A DNA stretch of 24,220 nucleotides from a virus (Duplodnaviria > Caudoviricetes): positions 1 through 24,220 of the IMG/VR virus record IMGVR_UViG_3300035548_000196. One strand, 5' to 3'. Made by a program: the position numbers and the translations under genes. The number at the start of each line of letters is the position of its first letter. Positions within the stretch are counted from its first letter, which is position 1. Below are positions 1 through 8,376 of this stretch, piece by piece. The notes under the pieces are model-generated. The model did not search any database and was not told where the DNA came from. It saw only the letters and a program-made list of their open reading frames with translations.

Positions 1-1
1 C

Positions 2-1183
2 TACACTCGTCAAAAGTGTGGAATCTGCGGCGGAAAACTGTTTCACAATGAGCGGTTAGGGGGTTTTTTCTGCGACAAGCATAAGCAAGTCCAGGCGACC
101 GCCGGTTTCATCGTCTCTTACGGCAGGAGTATCCGCAGGGAGTTCAGCAACTACGAAAAGGCATGGCGGTTCATAACCGGCCTTCGGTGGGAGGAGGACA
201 GGGGTGTCCTTGACCCTCGCGACCATCAAGCCGACAACCCGTTAGCCTTTGACAAGCTGGCCCGCGAATACATTGCCGAGAAGGAAGCCGACGACGATTT
301 AAGCCCCAATTACAAGCGAAAGGTGCGGTATCACATGACCCAGGCAATCGAGCTTTGGGGGGACCGCAACGTCAAGCATGTTGGACGCCGCGAGATTAAG
401 CACTTCATTCAAGGCTTGCCGTGCAACAGCAAGAAAACAAAGGCGAATTATCAGGGAACGTTGCACAACTTCTTTCAATTCCTTGTGCAAGAGGAGTATA
501 TTGAAAGACACAAAATCCCTGAATTTCCGAAGATCAATTACACATTGGGATGGAGGCCCGTAACGGACCTAGAGACACAGAGCGCCATACTCGACGAACT
601 ACGCAAGCAGTCTTGGGACGAAAACCCAAAGGTCTGGATCGGCGTGGACCTGCTCCGCACCTATACCAACCTTCGCCCCGGCGACCTGCTCCGCTTGGAT
701 GAAAAAGACGTGGACGTTAAAAACGGCGTGCTGACTCTATGGCACCCGACCAAAAAGAAGAACAACAGGAAAACCGTGCTCCTGCTGGACGAACACCGGG
801 AATTGCTCAAGGAAATGAAATCCATGTTCCCGGCCCTGCCAAATGTGAAGTTCTTCCGGCATCACACCCGGATCAACAACAATATCGAGCCGGGACAACC
901 GTTTAGCAACAAGTACATATACCGATGGTTCAAACGCGCTTGCAAGGCGCTGGGCGTCGAACAATTGGACCTGTACGGCAGCACCAGGCATACGACCGTC
1001 ACCGAACTAGCAAAGATGGTCGGACGTGAAGGAGCAAAAGAAGCCTCCGGCCACGAAACCAACAAAGCATTTGACCGATACTGCCAAATGCAGACAGAGG
1101 GCGCTCATGCGATGGCTAAGATAGTCCGGCAGGCTCAAAAGTCCGGCAAGCTCATCGACATGAGAAAAGCCCACAACGGCTAG
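2..1183 (+). CDS. int: Tyrosine recombinase/phage integrase, 5'-partial
   Basis: Frame is open from nt 2 (YTRQKCGICGG...) into the 323..1183 ORF. Catalytic-type motifs TNLRPGDL (R), LYGSTRHT, SGHET, AFDRY (Y). Ends directly at the att site. Confidence 0.9.
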   Translation, partial: YTRQKCGICGGKLFHNERLGGFFCDKHKQVQATAGFIVSYGRSIRREFSNYEKAWRFITGLRWEEDRGVLDPRDHQADNPLAFDKLAREYIAEKEADDDLSPNYKRKVRYHMTQAIELWGDRNVKHVGRREIKHFIQGLPCNSKKTKANYQGTLHNFFQFLVQEEYIERHKIPEFPKINYTLGWRPVTDLETQSAILDELRKQSWDENPKVWIGVDLLRTYTNLRPGDLLRLDEKDVDVKNGVLTLWHPTKKKNNRKTVLLLDEHRELLKEMKSMFPALPNVKFFRHHTRINNNIEPGQPFSNKYIYRWFKRACKALGVEQLDLYGSTRHTTVTELAKMVGREGAKEASGHETNKAFDRYCQMQTEGAHAMAKIVRQAQKSGKLIDMRKAHNG

Positions 1184-1227
1184 GGAATCTCCCACAACAT
1201 TCCCACAACGCCGCAGCCAACCACAAA
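1170..1227 (+). repeat. Left arm-type integrase binding repeats (CCCACAAC)
   Basis: CCCACAAC at 1170-1177, 1191-1198 and 1202-1209; CCACAAA at 1221-1227. Confidence 0.75.
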
Positions 1228-1259
1228 CAGCGCAACGCGCTGTATTCACAAAGAAAAAT

Positions 1260-1288
1260 TGGCGGAGAGGGAGGGATTCGAACCCTCC
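1260..1288 (-). other. attP: att core: 3' fragment of tRNA-Ser (T-arm, acceptor strand, CCA)
   Basis: Minus strand reads GGAGGGTTCGAATCCCTCCCTCTCCGCCA: T-loop TTCGAAT, G discriminator and CCA as in tRNA-Ser. No 5' half of a tRNA is present. Confidence 0.88.
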
Positions 1289-1297
1289 CTCTTTTTT
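1266..1297 (+). terminator. Perfect 10-bp hairpin plus T-run; core dyad that may double as the int terminator
   Basis: AGAGGGAGGG (1266-1275), loop ATTCGAA, CCCTCCCTCT (1283-1292), then TTTTT. Confidence 0.55.
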
Positions 1298-1300
1298 ATA

Positions 1301-1313
1301 TTTCAAGGAGTTA
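1301..1313 (+). promoter_or_regulatory. Putative IHF binding site in attP
   Basis: TTTCAAGGAGTTA has one mismatch to WATCAANNNNTTR, is preceded by an A/T tract, and lies between core and right arm. Confidence 0.55.
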
Positions 1314-1322
1314 TGCCTGACA

Positions 1323-1341
1323 CCCACAACATTGCCACAAC
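1323..1341 (+). repeat. Right arm-type repeats
   Basis: CCCACAACATTGCCACAAC is 18/19 identical to CCCACAACATTCCCACAAC at 1191-1209. Confidence 0.75.
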
Positions 1342-1450
1342 TATCGGGTGCGCGGCATGATCCAACAATTTGAATCCCGTAAATTCCGCCGGTTCGAATC
1401 CCTTTTTCCCTGTGCGCATGAAGGCATACCTCCCAACATATTTGAAAGGT

Positions 1451-1966
1451 CTACTCCGCCGGGGGAACCGGCCACTCCACCGTCGCCGGGAACCCGGGCT
1501 GGTCGGGGACGTTGCACAGCGCGGTCTGGTGCGCGTCCCACGCCGCGAGATCGGCTTCCATGGCGGTTGTGTCTATTCCGCCGCGCACCGCCTCGCGCAC
1601 CTGGCGGGCGAGCTGCAACACCCGCTTGTCGCCCTCACGCAGTCGTCGGTCACGCTCCTCCCGGACCTCATCGGCGGTCGGCGGGGCGGGCGCGGGAGGT
1701 GTGTCGCTCCAGCCGTCCGGCAAGGGCCCAAGGTCGCTGACGGTGATGGGCTCGCCGTCGAGGTAGCCTGATTCGCCGCGATGGTCTTCGACGATGGTCC
1801 ACCAGCCATCATCGACCCACACAGCGGCTTCGCCCTCGCGCACTGCGGGCGGCGCGGCGCTCGTAGAATGCGCGGGTACCACGGGGAGCTTTTCCAAAGG
1901 ATCGACCCGGGCCACGCCGCTGCACAGATATTCCCCGGTTTCGCGGTCAAAGTGATAGATGACCAT
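1451..1966 (-). CDS. Tail fibre assembly chaperone (Tfa-like)
   Basis: IYHFDRETGEYL...PAHSTSAAPP...WTIVEDHRG...LGPLP and C-terminal VPDQPGFPATVEWP; follows the fibre gene; GGAGG RBS. Confidence 0.85.
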   Translation of the reverse strand: MVIYHFDRETGEYLCSGVARVDPLEKLPVVPAHSTSAAPPAVREGEAAVWVDDGWWTIVEDHRGESGYLDGEPITVSDLGPLPDGWSDTPPAPAPPTADEVREERDRRLREGDKRVLQLARQVREAVRGGIDTTAMEADLAAWDAHQTALCNVPDQPGFPATVEWPVPPAE

Positions 1967-1974
1967 CTCGCCTC

Positions 1975-2892
1975 CTAGTAGACAATTATGGGCAGGTACT
2001 GCCTGTTTTTCGGCCGAGTTTCGTCGTCGCCGCTGTAGGATGTAGTAGTGGAAGTAGGCCGTTGCGCTCCAGTGTTACTTCCCGAACTAACACCTTTGTT
2101 GGAGGTAGAGGACGTGATCGAATGCCGATGAGAGGCAAACGCATCCGCCTGGTAGACTCCGACGTTTCCGCCAGCGGGGGCAGCCCTGTCAAAGAGATTA
2201 CGTGAATCAGGGACGTTGAACGTCGTCGCGCCGTCGCCCGCCCCGAAAATGGTGCCGATGACGGCGAACAACGACGCGTACACCGCGCGGCTGTATTCGC
2301 CCCCATCCTCGACCAAGCCCCAGACCGGCGGGGTGTCGCTCGGCCACATCAGCCTGGTTCCCGGAGGCATCCCCCCCGTGGTGGCGACCGCGTTGCCCTG
2401 TGCGTCCCATCCAAGATATTTGTTCGGCTTCCCTACCAACTCCACTGCGTTTCCGTCCGCGTTGCCGACAATGACACCACCTTTAGACAATTCTTCAATA
2501 TTTTCAATAAGTTTTGTGCGAAACGAAAGTTCATTAATTGCAGATTGCACATTTGTCGATTCCAGACTCGATTCGCTTGGATTAAAATTTAAATGAGCAG
2601 AGTTCGTGAAATAGGCAGGAGGTTGTCTGCCGAATGTAGATGCATCAATTCCAACTGAACCCGATTCGGTATTGACGGTCATAAGTTGGACATCAACGTT
2701 TCCGGTCCATATTTTCAACTTCAATACAGGCTCATCCGCCGAATCCACCCATGTCTCACCGCGTTGAATGTCGTTGGGCCGCACATCGCCAAAACGATTC
2801 GAAATCGATGATTCAAATAATTTAATGAGCCGGGCTATAAGTTGCGCCCCGGACAGCGGTGATTCCGGGAATGAAATAGGAACTTGCGACAT
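1975..2892 (-). CDS. Tail fibre protein with C-terminal phage tail collar domain
   Basis: Collar motif PPGT..W...PP.W...DG..YSR..Y..LFAVIGT.FGAGDG.TTFNVPD and ETRPKN tail. Start placed at ATG 2892 (MSQVPISF), just after the J stop. Confidence 0.85.
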   Translation of the reverse strand: MSQVPISFPESPLSGAQLIARLIKLFESSISNRFGDVRPNDIQRGETWVDSADEPVLKLKIWTGNVDVQLMTVNTESGSVGIDASTFGRQPPAYFTNSAHLNFNPSESSLESTNVQSAINELSFRTKLIENIEELSKGGVIVGNADGNAVELVGKPNKYLGWDAQGNAVATTGGMPPGTRLMWPSDTPPVWGLVEDGGEYSRAVYASLFAVIGTIFGAGDGATTFNVPDSRNLFDRAAPAGGNVGVYQADAFASHRHSITSSTSNKGVSSGSNTGAQRPTSTTTSYSGDDETRPKNRQYLPIIVY

Positions 2893-2893
2893 A

Positions 2894-5800
2894 TCAATAC
2901 CCTTGTGCAATAAAGTTAATCGTGCGTTCGGCATATACGCCGGACTTATCCTTTACTTTTACAGACATCCCAGTCTCAGAGACTCCTGATAACTCTACAT
3001 CCTCTCCGCCTTCGGCTTGAACAACTTGTGTAACGACAGTTGGGACGACATTGAATTTAGTGGAGAACTTGACGTCCAGTCCGAGCGGAGGAATGACAAG
3101 ATTATCTTTTCGTTCCCCTCTATCCGGCACATCAACGCAGAACGAAAATTCGGTAAGCAATGGGACCACATCGGGCATTTCGCTCGTCAAAAGAAGACGG
3201 AAATCGAATTGCTCGCCGTAATACGATCCTGGAATATACTTGCGCCATTCACCCCATGCCCCATCGACCATAGTTCTAATATAAACTGTGGCGTGTACAT
3301 ATTGCCCATATCCTCCATACAAATCTGTGATGTCGTAGATATTCACAACATCATAGATGTCCTCGTTAAGACCGGACCCATAGAGTTGATAGTCTACCGA
3401 TACGTTGCATAACGCCGGAGAATCCAAGGATACGACATGCTCTTCCGGGATGGTGTATGAACCGTCTGAAAGCGGATTTGAAAGGATGATGTTTCCGTCT
3501 GATTTAATGGCCGATCCGCCGAACGTGCCAAGCCAACCGTTCGCGGCTTCGTCATACTCGGCAAGAACATTGGCTGTAAGCCTGCCTGAACCGTCAACCA
3601 CCACCATCGCCGGATTGTCAGAATACGAACCACCGGCCACGGCCTTAACCATGTACGTCCCGTTAGTACCTACGGGATAGGTCAATTCATGCGTTTGCCC
3701 GAGCGGCATGGCGGTATCCCATAATGTTCCTTTGCGGATTTCGTAGTAAATCATTCGGCGCCAATCGACGACAGCGTCCCAGGCTATTACGCCTTGTCCA
3801 TTCCGTTGGCACATGACCAGATTCTGGACATCGTTAGGCGGCTGGTTCAGACCGACAACCTCGATGTTATCCATTGTCAGCCAACGTGATTGTAGACCTG
3901 TCGCGGTCAACGACCGTATGCGGAACCCATAGGAACCGTTGCGTGTGTTCTGGAAATCCTTTGATACCGTCGGAGTCGTGCCGCCAGGCTCCCACACCCC
4001 GTCAGGACGTTTTATCTCGACCTCGTAACGGGTTACCCTTTTGTCCTTCGCCGCAACCCAGGACAAAAGCACACCAGGGGAAACCCCGTCGCCGGAGGTA
4101 TACAGGTATTCGTCTATGGCAGGCGATGTCGGCTTTGCAACCGGTCCTGTCGGATAAACCGACACGGGTTTCGGATCAAACTGCACGCCTTGTTCAACTC
4201 GGAGAAATTTGTCGGGGTCGTGTTCCAGGGCCAGGAGTTCAAACTTGTGAATATCCTCATTCCGATTTGCGACGATGCGGAAAAGACGCTTTGCGGCGTT
4301 GGTTGCAGATATAACCCACATTGCGCCGAGTTGTGGCACAGTGCTCAATTCGTCATTGAAGGTGAGAACGTCCGTATTCCCCGGCGCGTTGGTCAAGACC
4401 CTGTCGGAGGTGGTGTTGTCCGGCAACACAACCGTCAAGACGTACCCTTCACCCGCTTCGATGGTTACCGGGGCATCTATGGTGATGCTTAATCCGTCGG
4501 CACTTTTGATCCGCCCGCCCATGCGAACCCCGGCCACGACCTCGTCGGCAATGGGGATCACCTCGCCGGGGACGGCGTTGGCGTGGTCAAGACCATTCAC
4601 CCATGATGCAATATCCGTCTCGTTTTGTTCGGTATCGAGAGTCCATTTCCCGAGGCGATGCGCCTGGCCGCGCGAGTCGCAGCCAATGGCGACAATATCT
4701 ATCGGCTGCCAGCCGTATCGCGCGATGCCCTCAGTATGCTCGACGACTTCGACGGCGGGGCGGCATGCATCATCCGGGTCATTCCAAGTGACCAGGGCGA
4801 CAGTATGACGGCTCCGCTCGCTCGTCCCCTGGTAATTAATATCGCCGTTCTCAACGTTTGCCGCAGAAATTGGGCTCAACGTGGGAAGATTTGGACTATC
4901 CTGCGAAAAGGCTACGGTTCCGCTCGCCCAATAGCACATTGCCCGCATGGAAGACACCAGCGAGTTGACGACATGGTAAGCCTCTTCTTGCGTCTGCAAA
5001 ACGATATTGAGGGTGAAACGCGGCTCGGTTCCCCCATATCCATCAGGAACAAGACCGTCGTTGTATTGGGCCATTTCGTAGAGAATCCACTTGTCGACAT
5101 CAACCAGACCAAGGCCGTACCGATCGGAGGTCAAAACGTCGCGGACGATCCATGCCGGGTTATTCGTCCAGGCAATCTTAAACGTTCCATCCCATATCCC
5201 GTCATAGGTCCGCGCTTGCGGATCGTAGTTATTCGGGACCTCGACCTTGATGCCGTAGATGTCAAAAGATACGGTCGGCACTGAATTGCCGAAGAGTTCG
5301 GCATCCACGGTAAGACAAATTACCGCCGTGTCGGGATAGGTGAGCTTCGCGTCAATGATCTCGGTAATAGCCTGCCAGGTCACCGAATCCTTGATGTAGG
5401 CGGAATCGGTATCGCCCGTCGTCCGGCGCACTCTGATATCCCAAGACGACCACGCTCTCGGCTTCTCTATTCTGTAAGACCTTTCGTATTCCGACATTGC
5501 CTTGCCAGCAAACGTATCAGCCTTGGCCTCGGTCCAGGCCCCGCCAGGTTCGCGGATGTCGATGGCGACCTTCACTGTAGCCGCTCCGATCCATCCACTA
5601 CTGGAACTCTGCGACAACAACCCTTCGGACAGGCGTATCCGCACCCGTGCCGCGTCGACCTCGCTGTTCGTGATGCTCCGAACGACCGGATTGTCATGGG
5701 TTACCATGGCGGCAACTTCGGTTTCGTTCTCTATTTCGGGAAATCCGGGGATATAATCCTGATCCGGCGTACCGTGCCGGATTTCCCAAGATACGCCGTC

Positions 5801-6613
5801 AAAATTGTATGTCCCATCGGACGCCATAAGGGGCGTATCTCCAAAAAATATGGATTTTGCGCCATCGACAAGCCCGCCGATTTCCCCTTCGCTCAAGATA
5901 CCGACGGCCCTGGTAACCGATTTGCTGCGGAGCGTATTATCGCGCTCTCTCCCGGTTCCTCCGCCCTTGGCCTCTATGTCCTCGACAGACGTACCGCTCG
6001 ATATAAGCGTCCATCCCGTGCGATGCTTTCCGTAGACCATGTTGACGGGGCCACCCTGCTCGCTGGTGTTCCGCGCACCATTGAACAGGAATGAGGGCTG
6101 GTCGTCGGCACTTTCCCTGCTCGCATAGCCGGAGGTAAGTTTCGGCGTAGGGCTCAACATATCCGCCACGCCGGACAAAGCCATCATGCCGCCCAATGTC
6201 GCCAGGTTGCCCCAGGTAACGCTTGCCCCGAACGCGGTAAACGCCGTGCCGTTCATGGCGATGCCCATGGGGAATAGAGACGACCCGGCGGTAACCACCG
6301 CAGTCGCGAGCAATGCAACCCCAAGGATGGCCTTGAAAAAACCGCCGCCCGAGCCGGAGACGGCCGGGGCGATATGCAGGTCGCTCGTTCCCAGGCCGAA
6401 ATGGCAAAGCTCCTCGGTTCCGAAATCTTCCCCATCATCGAGGCAATCCCCGGCCACGATATGCCACTCGCCGCCCTGGATGGTCTTGATGAAGTTGTCA
6501 CCCAAGATGATCCCGAGAGCCCTTACCGCTTCGGCTGGCGTGGTGACATCAATCCTGTACGGCCCCCCGAACAACTCGGCAAGCTGGCCATACAAGTACA
6601 CGGTCCGCATCAT
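2894..6613 (-). CDS. Fused tail assembly protein I plus central tail fibre/host-specificity protein J
   Basis: First ~213 aa are gpI-like (TPAEAVRAL, FNG..NT..QGGPV..VYG). The rest is gpJ-like (LSEGEIGGLV, WTNNPAWI, EPRFT, GCDSRGQAHRLGKW, FN3-like region). No internal stop. Confidence 0.9.
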   Translation of the reverse strand: MMRTVYLYGQLAELFGGPYRIDVTTPAEAVRALGIILGDNFIKTIQGGEWHIVAGDCLDDGEDFGTEELCHFGLGTSDLHIAPAVSGSGGGFFKAILGVALLATAVVTAGSSLFPMGIAMNGTAFTAFGASVTWGNLATLGGMMALSGVADMLSPTPKLTSGYASRESADDQPSFLFNGARNTSEQGGPVNMVYGKHRTGWTLISSGTSVEDIEAKGGGTGRERDNTLRSKSVTRAVGILSEGEIGGLVDGAKSIFFGDTPLMASDGTYNFDGVSWEIRHGTPDQDYIPGFPEIENETEVAAMVTHDNPVVRSITNSEVDAARVRIRLSEGLLSQSSSSGWIGAATVKVAIDIREPGGAWTEAKADTFAGKAMSEYERSYRIEKPRAWSSWDIRVRRTTGDTDSAYIKDSVTWQAITEIIDAKLTYPDTAVICLTVDAELFGNSVPTVSFDIYGIKVEVPNNYDPQARTYDGIWDGTFKIAWTNNPAWIVRDVLTSDRYGLGLVDVDKWILYEMAQYNDGLVPDGYGGTEPRFTLNIVLQTQEEAYHVVNSLVSSMRAMCYWASGTVAFSQDSPNLPTLSPISAANVENGDINYQGTSERSRHTVALVTWNDPDDACRPAVEVVEHTEGIARYGWQPIDIVAIGCDSRGQAHRLGKWTLDTEQNETDIASWVNGLDHANAVPGEVIPIADEVVAGVRMGGRIKSADGLSITIDAPVTIEAGEGYVLTVVLPDNTTSDRVLTNAPGNTDVLTFNDELSTVPQLGAMWVISATNAAKRLFRIVANRNEDIHKFELLALEHDPDKFLRVEQGVQFDPKPVSVYPTGPVAKPTSPAIDEYLYTSGDGVSPGVLLSWVAAKDKRVTRYEVEIKRPDGVWEPGGTTPTVSKDFQNTRNGSYGFRIRSLTATGLQSRWLTMDNIEVVGLNQPPNDVQNLVMCQRNGQGVIAWDAVVDWRRMIYYEIRKGTLWDTAMPLGQTHELTYPVGTNGTYMVKAVAGGSYSDNPAMVVVDGSGRLTANVLAEYDEAANGWLGTFGGSAIKSDGNIILSNPLSDGSYTIPEEHVVSLDSPALCNVSVDYQLYGSGLNEDIYDVVNIYDITDLYGGYGQYVHATVYIRTMVDGAWGEWRKYIPGSYYGEQFDFRLLLTSEMPDVVPLLTEFSFCVDVPDRGERKDNLVIPPLGLDVKFSTKFNVVPTVVTQVVQAEGGEDVELSGVSETGMSVKVKDKSGVYAERTINFIAQGY

Positions 6614-7329
6614 GCCGAAGCCCTCCTAACGACCAGACGGATGAACTTGCGCCACCGGTTGACCGGCTCTGTCCGCGACAGCCGGTTCCGCAGGTGGTGC
6701 AACATGAGCCCGTTGCCCAGGTAGACGCCGCAATGGTTCAGCTTGTCCCCGCCGATCTGCATGAGGAAGCCGTCACCAACCATGAAATTGAAACCAGGTT
6801 CCAGGCCATGCGCGACCGCTTCGAACCCGGCCTGTTGGAAATTATTCTTGAGCAGGTCGTCGTTTCCTTCCCACCACTCATCGGAGCGGGCGTAATCGAG
6901 GATGGTGACGCCCTGCGTCAACCTGTACCAGTCGCGGGCGCACGAATAGCAATCAGTGACGCCGTGACGCCACTCGCGGCCTTCCAGGTCGGGGATAGGA
7001 GTGTCGCCCCCCCAAAAGAATGGATGCCGGGCAACCCCCTGGACCATGGGCACGATACCCCAGGCGAGTCCGGTGTTGATTTGCCCGGCCATGTCGTGAT
7101 GGCTCGGGTGCGCCGGGCCGTTCGGGTGCGAGTGGATAACAGCCTTGATCTGCCCTTTGCATTCCGCAGCAACCCACCCTTGCGGCGAGATGCGGAAGTC
7201 CGATTCAGGGGCTTGCGCCGTATTCTTTCTCGGCAGATATTCTCCATTGACAATTACGCCACACGACTCCCTCGGATAGGCCTGCCGGGCGTGTTCCATT
7301 GCCGCTTCCATAGTGATTTTATCAATCAT
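6610..7329 (-). CDS. Tail tip assembly protein K (JAB/MPN plus NlpC/P60)
   Basis: YPRESCG, HSHP...PS..D (JAMM), GVTDCY, NHCGVYLG..MLHH; lies between L and I. Confidence 0.92.
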   Translation of the reverse strand: MIDKITMEAAMEHARQAYPRESCGVIVNGEYLPRKNTAQAPESDFRISPQGWVAAECKGQIKAVIHSHPNGPAHPSHHDMAGQINTGLAWGIVPMVQGVARHPFFWGGDTPIPDLEGREWRHGVTDCYSCARDWYRLTQGVTILDYARSDEWWEGNDDLLKNNFQQAGFEAVAHGLEPGFNFMVGDGFLMQIGGDKLNHCGVYLGNGLMLHHLRNRLSRTEPVNRWRKFIRLVVRRASA

Positions 7330-8024
7330 GATCTTACCCTCGCCACTCCCGGAAAGCCCCCAAAAGGCAACGGTCCCTTTCCGAAGCGCCGTTTGCAGTC
7401 AGAAACTTTTTTCCCGCACTTGTCGCCTGCCGCAGTCGTAACATTCCCGGAAGCATCAAAAGAGACAGAGCCGGTATATGGACACGTCGCCCGCCTGTAA
7501 TCGAAAGCGGAGCCATCCCATACGCGGTATATTTTTCCGCAAGCGTCACGCACGACCTGCCGCCCAGGTATCTTCTTGCCTTCCTGATCCATTGGCGCGG
7601 CAAGTTCCCATTCTATGTAAACCTTGTTCTGCCCGGATTTGCGGTCGATCTTGTATATGTCCAGATTGTAATATTCTTCGCCGTTCGCCTGCGTCCCGTT
7701 GTCGAGATAGTGGGCCAGGGTGCGCCACCGCGTCACGGTCGCCCCGACCAAGTCGTTAAACTCGTACACCGTGGCGACAAAGGCCGTATTAATGTGACAG
7801 ACGCGAAGTGTCGGCCTCGGCAATGTTCCCTGTCCGTTCGTCTCGAACCCGTCGGCCTCGAATTGGAGAGGGGCGTATGCGTTGCCACGCCAGACGACAG
7901 GCTCGCCGAAATCGGTATCCTTGACAAAATGATGCACGGCGCCGCCGATGGCCGTGGCGTCCAGGTCGTACAGTTCGACGATCTTGCCCGGCGCGGACCG
8001 TTGCGAATCGCTGCTAAGAGTCAA
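7326..8024 (-). CDS. Minor tail protein L
   Basis: VELYDLD, G.LPRPTL, TRWRTLAHYLD and C-terminal Cys cluster (C..CPY..DKCGK..SDC..RF..LPFGGFPG). TTG start at 8024 inferred from AAGGAGG RBS (alternative 8030). Confidence 0.9.
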   Translation of the reverse strand: MTLSSDSQRSAPGKIVELYDLDATAIGGAVHHFVKDTDFGEPVVWRGNAYAPLQFEADGFETNGQGTLPRPTLRVCHINTAFVATVYEFNDLVGATVTRWRTLAHYLDNGTQANGEEYYNLDIYKIDRKSGQNKVYIEWELAAPMDQEGKKIPGRQVVRDACGKIYRVWDGSAFDYRRATCPYTGSVSFDASGNVTTAAGDKCGKKVSDCKRRFGKGPLPFGGFPGVARVRS

Positions 8025-8376
8025 GGTCAAACGCCTCCTTGAAAGTGGCCGTGATGCTGTCCCGCCCCTTTGCTTTCCTCGGCACGCGCGTCCATTTGCG
8101 GCACTTCCACTTTTGCGGGGCGGCGGCACGCGGATATTGCCAGTAGAACGGCCTGACCCCGGCCCTTTCGGAGAAGAAATCGTCGAGTCTGTCGGCCTGT
8201 TCCTCGGTCAGGCCGGGCCAAGACAGCGAAACGGTGTCTTGAATCGAATTTAGGCCATCTTCGGAACTTTGGTTGTAGCCGTCGCCGAAAGTGAGTTCCC
8301 TGGCCCTGGCCTCCCTGTCCCTCGGCATGGACAATGACGGTTTGGGCAAATCGGTCGGAAGAAACGGAATGCTCAT
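8014..8376 (-). CDS. Minor tail protein M (distal tail)
   Basis: FGDGYNQ...DGLN, PFYW, ITATFKEAF; follows tape measure. Confidence 0.9.
   Translation of the reverse strand: MSIPFLPTDLPKPSLSMPRDREARARELTFGDGYNQSSEDGLNSIQDTVSLSWPGLTEEQADRLDDFFSERAGVRPFYWQYPRAAAPQKWKCRKWTRVPRKAKGRDSITATFKEAFDLDS

Noticed and set aside
1260-1330. Complete tRNA-Ser gene
   Set aside because: Only the T-arm and 3' acceptor strand are present; no D-arm, anticodon or variable arm, so it is treated as an att core.
1170-1341. CRISPR-like or iteron array from CCACAAC repeats
   Set aside because: Repeats are only 7-8 bp, irregularly spaced, without unique spacers, and arranged around the att core like arm sites.
1975-6613. 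Diversity-generating retroelement or tail-fibre shufflon
   Set aside because: No reverse transcriptase, no template/variable repeat pair and no inverted fibre cassette seen in the window.
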